From positions 1-42,231 of IMG/VR virus record IMGVR_UViG_3300033067_002352: a stretch of DNA of 42,231 bases. The stretch is one strand, 5' to 3'. The translations under genes were made by a program, and so were the position numbers. Source of the DNA: a virus (taxonomy: Duplodnaviria > Caudoviricetes). Positions 17,231 to 26,715 of the stretch are shown piece after piece. The notes beneath the pieces were generated by a model that made no database searches, had not been told where the DNA came from, and worked only from the letters and a program-made list of their open reading frames with translations. Position 1 is the first letter of the stretch; each line of letters begins with the position of its first letter.

Positions 17231-17425
17231 ATGGTTTACAACGGAATAAATTTCAATGAAGCTCATTGGAAAAAGAAAACGGAGGCCGAATTTGTTGCAC
17301 ATGAAAAGCATCATGGATTGAGTGAAGATCAATTGAAAGAGGTGCATGCTTTAATGAATGCAAAGTCCGGCAAAAAAGAAAAAGAGGCTAAGCCTGCAGA
17401 AACGATAAGCAATAAAAAGGCATAG
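17231..17425 (+). CDS. Hypothetical protein
   Basis: 64 aa followed by a terminator. Confidence 0.7.
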   Translation: MVYNGINFNEAHWKKKTEAEFVAHEKHHGLSEDQLKEVHALMNAKSGKKEKEAKPAETISNKKA

Positions 17426-17431
17426 AATCTA

Positions 17432-17466
17432 AAGCCAGGCAGTTAAATGCCGCCTGGCTTTTTTTT
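17432..17466 (+). terminator. Intrinsic terminator
   Basis: AAGCCAGGC...GCCTGGC followed by T8. Confidence 0.85.
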
Positions 17467-17477
17467 AACTATTTTTT

Positions 17478-17921
17478 ATGGGTACGGTACTTTCATTACT
17501 AAAAAAATTCGAGGAACTGGACACTGGTATAATAGCCGTGCAAAGTATTGAAGAAACCGCCGATGAAATGGCTGATAAAAATAAAGATCAGCTGTTGCAT
17601 GGGTTTAATAGCAGTGGCGAACTTATTGGCGATACAAAGCCATATCAAAGTGCTGATTATGCTTTTGAGAAATACAATAAAAATCCATTACCCGGATTAG
17701 GCAATCCGGATTTAAAAGACGAGGGTAGTTTTTATGCAGGGATTCGAATAGAGGTATCAGGAGCAGTAATAAAAACAGAATCCATTGATAGTAAAAATGA
17801 AGAACTGGAAGCGAAGTACAAAGGTGCGTTGGGCTTAAACAAGGAATCAAAAGTGGAATATATCAAAGAAAGTTTACGACCTGTTTTTTTTAAGAAGATT
17901 AAAGAAAAGGTAAAGCTATGA
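17478..17921 (+). CDS. Virion morphogenesis/neck protein (putative)
   Basis: Y...K...PDLKDEGSFY motif. Confidence 0.55.
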   Translation: MGTVLSLLKKFEELDTGIIAVQSIEETADEMADKNKDQLLHGFNSSGELIGDTKPYQSADYAFEKYNKNPLPGLGNPDLKDEGSFYAGIRIEVSGAVIKTESIDSKNEELEAKYKGALGLNKESKVEYIKESLRPVFFKKIKEKVKL

Positions 17922-17992
17922 TATACTTCATTACCGGGTTTGTTGTAGGAGCTATAATCAGCAATTTAATAACAAAATTTTGTTCGCCATGA
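17918..17992 (+). CDS. 24 aa hydrophobic peptide
   Basis: MIYFITGFVVGAIISNLITKFCSP*; ATGA overlaps at both ends. Confidence 0.5.
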   Translation: MIYFITGFVVGAIISNLITKFCSP

Positions 17993-18195
17993 ATGGTTGT
18001 GAGGGTTGCTTTGAATCTGCGAAAGGCCAGCAAATGGCTTATGAAAAAATAAAATCCGACGCAATAAAGTATTCAAAAGAAAATGGGAAAAGTGTCGCAA
18101 TATACAAAGAAGGTCACGAATGGTGTTACTGCACAGCAGAGCAAGCCATTGACTGCGGATACCCTGTCCGTGAAGTTATATCAGCAAATCACTAA
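17989..18195 (+). CDS. Small Cys-containing protein
   Basis: MNGCEGC... Confidence 0.6.
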   Translation: MNGCEGCFESAKGQQMAYEKIKSDAIKYSKENGKSVAIYKEGHEWCYCTAEQAIDCGYPVREVISANH

Positions 18196-18778
18196 ACTTC
18201 CTTTAAGCAACTTTATAGACTGCTTGGTAGATAATGATTTATCCGCTTTAATCATTTCCGGAGTGCCATCAGAAAGAGAACTGCAAGAAGCGTGGACAGA
18301 GATTTATGAGCAATATGTTGAAGCTATTGGGGATAATGAAAGCAGGATGCATTTACAGCTTCTAAAAGAAATTACAATACTTGATAATAAATTAAAAATA
18401 ATTCAATTATTGGTTTATATACTATCTACTCCATATCGTGACGAATCTTCTAAAGAATTGATAGCATTATTAAATAGGCTTTGCGTTACAAATTTAAAGT
18501 TTGATTCCGATGCCGAATTACAGAGAGCAGTCAACCGAAGTAAGTCAATTAAAATAAAAATGGATTTAAAAATTGCTCAACTTGACGATATGCAAAAAAA
18601 GATGAGCGACAAATCTCAAAAACCATCACGAGAACATTTTTATAGCATATTAATTACCCTGAGTGATCATGCAAAATTCGATATAAGCGATAATATTTCT
18701 GTTTTCGAATTTTGTCAGCGCATGAGTCGGTTTAATATTTATTATGAAAAATTAAACTTAAGCCATGGCAGAAGATAG
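18083..18778 (+). CDS. Tail assembly chaperone-like protein
   Basis: Helical protein immediately before tape measure; start uncertain. Confidence 0.5.
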   Translation: MGKVSQYTKKVTNGVTAQQSKPLTADTLSVKLYQQITKLPLSNFIDCLVDNDLSALIISGVPSERELQEAWTEIYEQYVEAIGDNESRMHLQLLKEITILDNKLKIIQLLVYILSTPYRDESSKELIALLNRLCVTNLKFDSDAELQRAVNRSKSIKIKMDLKIAQLDDMQKKMSDKSQKPSREHFYSILITLSDHAKFDISDNISVFEFCQRMSRFNIYYEKLNLSHGRR

Positions 18779-21700
18779 AATTGACAGTATTATAGATTTA
18801 GGCAAAATTAAATCAGAGCTTGACTTTTTAAAGAAAAATTTAAAAGATATTTCTGCGTATGTAAAAGAGTTCCCTGTAATTCAAACAAAGATAGCCGGGG
18901 CAAATAGTATTCGGGAATTGTCAAAAGAAAATATACGTCTTTCCGAATCATTAAAAGCTGTTGATCAATTGGTTAAACAGCGGTTTGCAAGCGAATCAAA
19001 ACTTGTTGCTCTGCAATCTGACTATGCTAAAGCAACGGCTGCTAATCGTAATGAAATACAAAAAACAAATAATGAACTAAAAATACAGGCTCAGTATGAT
19101 CAAGCGCAGATTGGTTCGATTGATAAGGCAAGAGCTGCTATAAAGAAATTAACAGCGGAAAGAAATGCTCTTAATCTTTTTACCAAAGAGGGCAGAGATC
19201 GTCAAGAAGAATTAAATCAAAAAATTGATAAGTATAACGAATTTATTAAAAAAAGCGTTTCTCTTTTAGAACAACAAAAAATAAATGTTGGTAATTATGC
19301 TGGATCATTAGCTAAGCCGTTTGAAAGTTTGCAAGCTGCAATAGAAAAAATAAAAAAATCTAATGCAACATTATTTGCTGCTGGACCTAATGGACAATCT
19401 GGCAGGGACTCCAATCGTGAGGCAGCGGCCAGACAGTTAGAAAACGATCTTGATAAGATTTTTATAAAAGCATCCAGAGAGGGGTCTACGGCCACTCAAC
19501 AAGTAAAACAATTGGAGGCGGCGTTTCAGAAATTATCACTTGCAGCAAATCCAGCCGATAAGGAAATGCAAAAATTTCTTAATGCTTTTAAAAAGGAAAT
19601 TGGAGAGGCTAAGGATGCTGTACAGGATTTAAAAGATGAGATTAAGCTTAATGCCAGCGATACAAAGGGAATAGATAATGTGGTAGGATCATTAAATGTA
19701 TTGTCGGGCATAGCTCAAGGAGCAGCGGGGGCTTACGCATTATTTGGAGCAAGTGAGGAAGATGCGGCAAAGGTTACCGCCAAGTTGGTTGCTATACAAG
19801 GGATTGCCAATAGCGTACAGCAGGTAGGTCAGGAGTTAACCAGAAAGGGGACGATTGCAAATAAGGCATATAGTGCTGTACTGGATACATTACAGGCTGC
19901 TTTCGGGAAAGGCGCTACTGCTGCCCAAAGATTTAATGCTATCCTCAAATTGTCTGTGGCAGGGCTGGTTATCACAGGTATCATTTACTTAGTTAATAAA
20001 TTACAGGAGCTGGCAAATGCGTCTGATAAAGCTGCTGAAAATCAGAAAAAAGTTAATGAAGTTTTCAAAGATGCAAGTAGTGCATTTGTTAAAGCATCTG
20101 CTGAAGTTACTGAGTTAAGAAATAAAATTGATCTTGCTAAAAAAGGAATAATTGATAAAAAGGAAGCCGTAAAATTTTATAATGAGACCATTGGCCAAAC
20201 TGCCGGTTCTGTAAAAAATCTAAAGGAAGCTGAAGAAGGATTGGTAAAAAATGGCGATGCCTATGTGAGAGTAACATTCCTTAAAGCTGCTGCTCAGATC
20301 GCAGCAAATAAGGCTGCAGAAAAAGCATTTGAAATTGAATTAGGTGCCAGGCAGAAAATAGACGAAGTGGATAAAGATATTAAAAATGGTGGCATTATTA
20401 ATGATCAAGGTTTATCTGAATATGAAAAGTTTTTAGTAAAGGTTGGCGAAAAAGACAGAGCAGCAAGGTCTGTAAGGCAAAAAGACACAAAGAATAGTGA
20501 AGTAAATTTTTTTAAGGAATTATTTTTATCATTAATTAATGAGGCAAATGAATTGTCTAAAACATTTAAGATAACGCCATTTTCTCAATCTGAAAAAAGT
20601 AATACCGAGGCAAGAAAAAATTCTGTTAAAAAGGAGATAGATGCAATTTACGAAATTCAACTTTTGGCTTTGAGAAGAAGTGCAAGTTTGAATGAGCAAA
20701 TAGCGAATGATGAAAAAGAGACGTATGCTCTACGCAGGGTAGCATTAATTGATTATTTTAATCAAAGTTCCAAAATTTTAGATCAGGAATTTGAAAAGGA
20801 AAAACTTATAAATAAACTTAAATATGACGAACAGGTTGGGTCTCTAAATAGAGAAAAAAAGAAAAAGGGTGCTGATATTAAAAGTATTAATCAAGATTTA
20901 CTTACACTTGAAGAAAATTATAATAATCAGGTAAAGCTTATAGAGGCAAAAAGGTATGATGAAGGTGTAAAGTTATCAGAAGATTATAGTCAGAAGTTGG
21001 AGCAAATCAGGAACGATCAGGTAAAATCTGAAATTAAATTGAGCGAAAAGCTGCAAGAAAATAGTGCTGGGTTTTTGCAAGCATCAATAGATAATGACAA
21101 AAGGTTACGTGAAGAAGCATTTAAAGAAGAGGAGGAATTAGTTGAAAGGCGTAAAGAGCTATATCGTAATTTATATGATGAAATTAAGGAAGCCTTTATT
21201 TCGTTTATTGATGGGCAATTTGATAGGCAAAAAAACGAGGTTCAAGCCAGTATTAACTTAGCTGAAGAAGAGAAAAATCAAAAAATTAGAGCAATCAATG
21301 AACTTTTTATTTCCGATAAGGAGAAAGCTGAAAAAACTGCTGTTATTGAAGCAGTTGCCCAAACAAAAAAAGATCAACTTGAACGGAAGCAAAAAGAAAT
21401 AGATGCAAGAAAAGCCCAATTTGATAAAGCTGCTGCTATTTTAAATATTGGTATAGATACGGCAAGGGGGGTTGCTGCTATAAAAATTAAATTAGCTGAA
21501 ATCGTTGCTAAGGCCGCTGCTGCATTCCCTCTTTCAGCCGTGTATTCCCCTGCAATTGCTCTCACAGCAGCTCAAATACCCCTTACAATAGCTATTGGAG
21601 CCGCACAGGCTGCCGCAGTGGCCGCTCGCCCCATCCCCAAATTCAAGCACGGCAAAAACAATGATTACGAAGGTGCGGCAATAGTGGATGACGGCGGTAG

Positions 21701-22013
21701 AAACGAGCCGATATACCGGGCAGATACCGGTCAGATCGAACTAAGCACAGGTGCGCCAAAGGATCGTATTACTTTTTTAAAGAGAAAGGACATCGTATTC
21801 CCTTCCATTGAAGCCATGATGAACAGGATTGTGCTACCAAAATTAGTTCCAATTAAAGACAATGCTGGGCCAATACACGATATGCAGGGGGTAATTAATG
21901 CCATCAATTCAATCAATATTAAAACAACAACTATTACTAAAGAAGGCTGGCGGGAACATGCGATGAAGTTGGAGCAATACAATGATTGGGTAAATAAAAC
22001 GATTAAAAACTAA
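18765..22013 (+). CDS. Tail tape measure protein
   Basis: 1082 aa, Ala/Lys/Glu-rich coiled-coil with hydrophobic segments. Confidence 0.9.
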   Translation: MAEDRIDSIIDLGKIKSELDFLKKNLKDISAYVKEFPVIQTKIAGANSIRELSKENIRLSESLKAVDQLVKQRFASESKLVALQSDYAKATAANRNEIQKTNNELKIQAQYDQAQIGSIDKARAAIKKLTAERNALNLFTKEGRDRQEELNQKIDKYNEFIKKSVSLLEQQKINVGNYAGSLAKPFESLQAAIEKIKKSNATLFAAGPNGQSGRDSNREAAARQLENDLDKIFIKASREGSTATQQVKQLEAAFQKLSLAANPADKEMQKFLNAFKKEIGEAKDAVQDLKDEIKLNASDTKGIDNVVGSLNVLSGIAQGAAGAYALFGASEEDAAKVTAKLVAIQGIANSVQQVGQELTRKGTIANKAYSAVLDTLQAAFGKGATAAQRFNAILKLSVAGLVITGIIYLVNKLQELANASDKAAENQKKVNEVFKDASSAFVKASAEVTELRNKIDLAKKGIIDKKEAVKFYNETIGQTAGSVKNLKEAEEGLVKNGDAYVRVTFLKAAAQIAANKAAEKAFEIELGARQKIDEVDKDIKNGGIINDQGLSEYEKFLVKVGEKDRAARSVRQKDTKNSEVNFFKELFLSLINEANELSKTFKITPFSQSEKSNTEARKNSVKKEIDAIYEIQLLALRRSASLNEQIANDEKETYALRRVALIDYFNQSSKILDQEFEKEKLINKLKYDEQVGSLNREKKKKGADIKSINQDLLTLEENYNNQVKLIEAKRYDEGVKLSEDYSQKLEQIRNDQVKSEIKLSEKLQENSAGFLQASIDNDKRLREEAFKEEEELVERRKELYRNLYDEIKEAFISFIDGQFDRQKNEVQASINLAEEEKNQKIRAINELFISDKEKAEKTAVIEAVAQTKKDQLERKQKEIDARKAQFDKAAAILNIGIDTARGVAAIKIKLAEIVAKAAAAFPLSAVYSPAIALTAAQIPLTIAIGAAQAAAVAARPIPKFKHGKNNDYEGAAIVDDGGRNEPIYRADTGQIELSTGAPKDRITFLKRKDIVFPSIEAMMNRIVLPKLVPIKDNAGPIHDMQGVINAINSINIKTTTITKEGWREHAMKLEQYNDWVNKTIKN

Positions 22014-24349
22014 TGTCAAAACAATTCTTACCATTTTTAACTGACGATCAGGGTAAGTCTCTCGTTGTAGAGAATGGAGTTGTTGTAACCAAAGCTATTC
22101 CCGATCCGCTGGATTATTCACCGGAAGGCTGGGAGAAAAATACTATTCAATTTGCAAGGAACAATGAGTTTAGGGGAGTGATTAAATCATTCACAACTAC
22201 ACTTAAATTCTTTTTTGAAGGTGCAAAAATATTGCGTACCTATTTCTACGAAAAAGGAATTGAATCAATCTTATATTTTATTTGGCTTAAGCAAAATGTG
22301 TTTTTTGGCGGCGGAATGAAATATGAAGGCTGGTATAAGGGAGAGCCTGATTTTTCTACATTTAATGATACTTATGAAGGCGTTGAGATTAATATTACCG
22401 AAGGAGGCTTTTACAAAAATTTACAGGCAAATAAAAATACACCTTACGAATTGCCATTTGATGAAGATGCGGTGAGCATTGAAATGGATGGGATGGATAT
22501 TTTCAACAACCTCACTTATGTAGCGGCAGACGATTTTGAATACGAATCAGTTCCAACTCCATTTGATGACGTAGAAGATGAGTATAGAAGTTTTGCCGTT
22601 CTGTTGCCATTCTTGAGCGCAGAAGGAACGAACTTTACCTTGGCTACCAATTCACAGGATTATGAAGTTATATCAAGTGGACAAGAGCAAGCTGACGATG
22701 CGACTAATGTAAATAATTATACCACATCTTCAAGCAATTATTTTCTTAGAAATATAAGCGGGCAAAATCAGGATATTAATTTAAAGGGAGATTTGTTTTT
22801 AAACGCTGTAATTAATAATGGTGCATATCATGCTAAACTCTTCATTATATCATCTTTAGGGCAGCAAAAAGTCATTTATGATTCAGTTCCGGGGGAAAAT
22901 GAAATTATAAAAATTTCAGTTGATGAAACATTGACACTTACTCCTGATGAAAAATTGTTTTTTGTACTCACACACCACAACACCATAGGTGTTATCAAAT
23001 TTTATTTTTGGCCTGACAGTAAACTGTTAATTGATTTTGCCAGTCGTAAAGAAACGACAATCATAAAAGGTTTTCGGGCTTTTGATGTAGGTGATACACT
23101 TTGTAAAAATATGAATGGTGGTAAAGGGGGTTTACAAAGTGATTTATTGGGTAGTGATTATAATTTACTCATTACTTGTGGAGATGCCATTAGGGGCATT
23201 GAGAATGCTGTTGTGAAAACAAAATTCAACGATTTTCACAAATCTATTGATGCTGTTAAGTGTATATCATTTGGCGTGCAAAACAACTCAGGAAAACTGG
23301 AATTGCGAGAATATGCTTTTACCAATTCCCAAGTAGCCGATTTGGGCGAATGCAGAAACTTCAAGTTGGGACCAGCAAATGAATACCGGTATAGTAAAAT
23401 TGAAGTGGGATACCCTGTAAAAGAAATTGAAGATTTAAACGGCAAATATTCGTTCAATAATACAGTTGTTTACAAAACGCCAGTACTACGAGGAGGAGAA
23501 AATACGTATGATGCCAAAAGTGCTTATTATGCCGATCCTTATGTGATTGAACTGCTAAGAATCAATCTTGAGTTTAAGAATACCACTGATGACAAGAGTG
23601 ATAATGATGTGTTTTTTATTGATGGCGAAAAAGTGTACAACAATTATATCGGTAACGCAATTTTTTCAGTAGTTAACAGTCTTTCATTCGTAACAATTGA
23701 TGGACTTGGATTAAATCTAAAAGCAGGTGTTCGGTTTAAAGTGTTAACCGGGCAAAACATGACAACATTCACCATAGCCTATGTGGCAGAACTTGGATTC
23801 CAAACTTATATTCAGGTGAAGGAAGGAATTGTAGAAGAAAATATCGAAACAGAAATTGAATTTTTGCATTACAAATTAAGAAGATTGCCCTATACAAGCA
23901 TTGAGGGTATTCCAAGTGGTGATTCAGTTTTCAACTTGGAATTATCACCAAAAAGAATTTTAGCCAATCATTATCGCTGGATTGCATCTTCAATGCACAA
24001 GTTGGAGACCGGGAAGCTGGTTTATCAAACAACGGAAAAAAATAGCGAATTAGCAACAACTGATGCCAATAATGTGGTGATTATGGAAAAAGAGGATATT
24101 CCAATTGCTGCATTGGGTACAAAAATCTTTTTGCCATACTACTTAAATTTTGAAGTTGAAACACCATTGAATTTATTGGAACTAATGACAGCAAACAGTG
24201 GAGGATATTTTACTGTATTCGTTAATGGTTTCGGCTATAATGGTTTTGTTGTTGAGGTAAAAACTGTCGATGCAACTTTAGAAACACAAGGATACAAGTT
24301 ATTAGCAACCGCCGATAATGATTTCACCACTTTAATAAATGGAAGATAA
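22013..24349 (+). CDS. Tail tip/hub protein (putative)
   Basis: 778 aa after tape measure. Confidence 0.65.
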   Translation: MSKQFLPFLTDDQGKSLVVENGVVVTKAIPDPLDYSPEGWEKNTIQFARNNEFRGVIKSFTTTLKFFFEGAKILRTYFYEKGIESILYFIWLKQNVFFGGGMKYEGWYKGEPDFSTFNDTYEGVEINITEGGFYKNLQANKNTPYELPFDEDAVSIEMDGMDIFNNLTYVAADDFEYESVPTPFDDVEDEYRSFAVLLPFLSAEGTNFTLATNSQDYEVISSGQEQADDATNVNNYTTSSSNYFLRNISGQNQDINLKGDLFLNAVINNGAYHAKLFIISSLGQQKVIYDSVPGENEIIKISVDETLTLTPDEKLFFVLTHHNTIGVIKFYFWPDSKLLIDFASRKETTIIKGFRAFDVGDTLCKNMNGGKGGLQSDLLGSDYNLLITCGDAIRGIENAVVKTKFNDFHKSIDAVKCISFGVQNNSGKLELREYAFTNSQVADLGECRNFKLGPANEYRYSKIEVGYPVKEIEDLNGKYSFNNTVVYKTPVLRGGENTYDAKSAYYADPYVIELLRINLEFKNTTDDKSDNDVFFIDGEKVYNNYIGNAIFSVVNSLSFVTIDGLGLNLKAGVRFKVLTGQNMTTFTIAYVAELGFQTYIQVKEGIVEENIETEIEFLHYKLRRLPYTSIEGIPSGDSVFNLELSPKRILANHYRWIASSMHKLETGKLVYQTTEKNSELATTDANNVVIMEKEDIPIAALGTKIFLPYYLNFEVETPLNLLELMTANSGGYFTVFVNGFGYNGFVVEVKTVDATLETQGYKLLATADNDFTTLINGR

Positions 24350-24352
24350 ATA

Positions 24353-25291
24353 ATGGAGTATTATGTTGAAATACCAGTTTTATGCCCGTTAAATTTTGTT
24401 GCAGCCAACAGAGCGCTTCCGGCAAACTACCATTTTAAACACTTTGATGCGTGGAAGAGTGATGAACAGCTTTTGCCATTTGAAACAGCCCCTATATATA
24501 AGGGGAAGTGGCAGAAGAATGATATAATTACTTTGCCAATAAAAACAAATTTTAGCCCGGTAGATGTTAATGTTTTTGATGATGATGGTAAGCTATACTT
24601 AACCCAAGTAATGAGCGTGATTGGTAATGTTGGCGATGACACATATTGGCTTGCCAATATTGCACTTGATATGTTTGATGAGGGTTGCTATGATGTTCAA
24701 ATTGTTGTTGGTGATGGGGACAATAAAATCACTTTGGAAAGTGAAACAATTTTAGTCAAAGAATCACACGAAGAAACTTTACTTTTTAAATACTCAAACA
24801 ATTTTAATAATGAGGTTTTTTGGGAAGGGGTATCATACATAACATTACGGACTGAAGGTACAATATCTGAATTTACTCCAACAGGAAGTAGGGTAGTTTA
24901 TATTGATCAACCAAATAATGCAAAAACTGTAAAAGGAACATCTGCAAGGCAGTTTAAATTATTTGTTGGCGGTCCCGAAGGTCTGCCTAATTATATCGCC
25001 GATAAAATTCAAGACATTTTTGATCAAAACAATGTTGAAATTGATGGAAAAGGATTTTCTGCTTTGAATGATGGCGCTAAACTTACACCAAAACGTGAAG
25101 AATTGTATGGATATGCCGGATGGAGTTTGGATATTATTGAAACAGTTAATCGCCGGGCAAAAAGGTTTGAATTGGAGGGAGGGTTAATTGAGAAAAAAGT
25201 AATAATTGATTATATCGTTGAAGGGGCTTTATTTGGCCCAATAGATGGAGACGGGAATGATACTACTTACACTATAAACGAATTAGGATAA
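24353..25291 (+). CDS. Tail/baseplate protein (putative)
   Basis: 312 aa, synteny. Confidence 0.55.
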   Translation: MEYYVEIPVLCPLNFVAANRALPANYHFKHFDAWKSDEQLLPFETAPIYKGKWQKNDIITLPIKTNFSPVDVNVFDDDGKLYLTQVMSVIGNVGDDTYWLANIALDMFDEGCYDVQIVVGDGDNKITLESETILVKESHEETLLFKYSNNFNNEVFWEGVSYITLRTEGTISEFTPTGSRVVYIDQPNNAKTVKGTSARQFKLFVGGPEGLPNYIADKIQDIFDQNNVEIDGKGFSALNDGAKLTPKREELYGYAGWSLDIIETVNRRAKRFELEGGLIEKKVIIDYIVEGALFGPIDGDGNDTTYTINELG

Positions 25292-26673
25292 TGGCACTAT
25301 CAATAAAATTAAGCACATTTGTTTCTGCCGGGTACACTAACGATGTGCGCTGGGATTTAGTGGAAACCGGAACTGGGATATTAGTTGACAGCCACAGTAA
25401 GGCTGCGCCGCATGGCGATGTTCATAGTTTTTCTTTTGTAGATAATATTGTGGACATTGTTTATACGGTAAAATTTTATGAAGAAACCGGAGGCCCTGGA
25501 ACTTTAATTAAGTCACATGATATCACAGTATCTACTTCGGAAATAAATCTTTATGATGACATTGAATTAATTGTTGATGGTGGAGAATTGTATGATCCGG
25601 TATCAGGGGCCACAAGTGTAATTATACCCGATTTAATTGATACACCTGAATATACTGTTGAACAAAGGGCCTACGGTCAGCTATTGGAATTTCGTAACCC
25701 TGAAATCGAAAAAGACTTAATCAATGGAGGATTTGCATTGCTTGGTGGTCTTCAATTTGAAAATGGAACGGTTTATATTATAAAACGAAATCCCAAATAT
25801 GTTGTAAATCCGCCAAATTCGCAATCGCCAACAACAATTTTTAAAGACGTTATTTTTTTAGATTCCGATATTACCCTAACATCGCCTGATTTTGGGAAAT
25901 TGTTGATTGTAGATGGTATGCAGCCAGTAATTACCATCACCCTTCCTGAAATTGCTGATACTATCGAAAAAGTGCCATTATGGATTGAGAGTGTAGGCAC
26001 CAGCCACGTCAATGTAGTAATCAAAGCTGCGATTGGAGAAACTATTACTGCCACAGGCACCACATCCAATACATTTATTTTAGGACGGGCGGAAAAAGCA
26101 CAGGTAATTAAAAAAGGCTCTACATTATACGGATTTACTGATAGTACAGATATTAAAAGGGTAGGCATGATTGAGTGGGGGTATGCCGTAGGAATCAACC
26201 GGTTATGGGCAGATGGCAGCGAATTAACAATTGCTGATTATCCGAGATTAAAAAAAGCTGTTGATTCTTTAGCGGTTGGGCAGGTGTTGAATTATACGCA
26301 GTGGGGGCAAAATGTAGGCGGGTTCTATCCTAACAAGGGATATTATGCGATAAGTAATGACAATTTAAAATTAAAAATACCCGATTGGCGAAACAGAGGC
26401 ATTCGAGCTTTAAAATATTCAGACGGAACAACAGACACGGAGCGATTGGCACAATTAGCCGGTGGTTATCAAAAAGGGGCCATGCAAAAATTTTGGTCGG
26501 GTAGTTTCACGACTTTGAACATATTGAAAGTTGATGGAACTCAAACGGAAATAGGAACGGATAATGGGCCAATAGCGCCTAACATCCGTTTTGGTGTAGA
26601 GATTGATCAAACATTATTTGGAGGCGATACAAGGATGGAAAACAATGGTATGATACCGTTGATAATTATTTAA
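25291..26673 (+). CDS. Tail fibre protein with collar-like domain
   Basis: LWADGSELTIADYPRL...LKIPDWRNRGIR. Confidence 0.7.
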   Translation: MALSIKLSTFVSAGYTNDVRWDLVETGTGILVDSHSKAAPHGDVHSFSFVDNIVDIVYTVKFYEETGGPGTLIKSHDITVSTSEINLYDDIELIVDGGELYDPVSGATSVIIPDLIDTPEYTVEQRAYGQLLEFRNPEIEKDLINGGFALLGGLQFENGTVYIIKRNPKYVVNPPNSQSPTTIFKDVIFLDSDITLTSPDFGKLLIVDGMQPVITITLPEIADTIEKVPLWIESVGTSHVNVVIKAAIGETITATGTTSNTFILGRAEKAQVIKKGSTLYGFTDSTDIKRVGMIEWGYAVGINRLWADGSELTIADYPRLKKAVDSLAVGQVLNYTQWGQNVGGFYPNKGYYAISNDNLKLKIPDWRNRGIRALKYSDGTTDTERLAQLAGGYQKGAMQKFWSGSFTTLNILKVDGTQTEIGTDNGPIAPNIRFGVEIDQTLFGGDTRMENNGMIPLIII

Positions 26674-26715
26674 TAAAGACTAAAATATTTAGTATTAAAA
26701 ATGTAAATTTGAAAC

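Noticed and set aside
18075-18095. Tail-chaperone -1 frameshift at GGGAAAA
   Set aside because: The downstream ORF is in the +1 frame relative to 17989..18195, so a -1 slip would not join them
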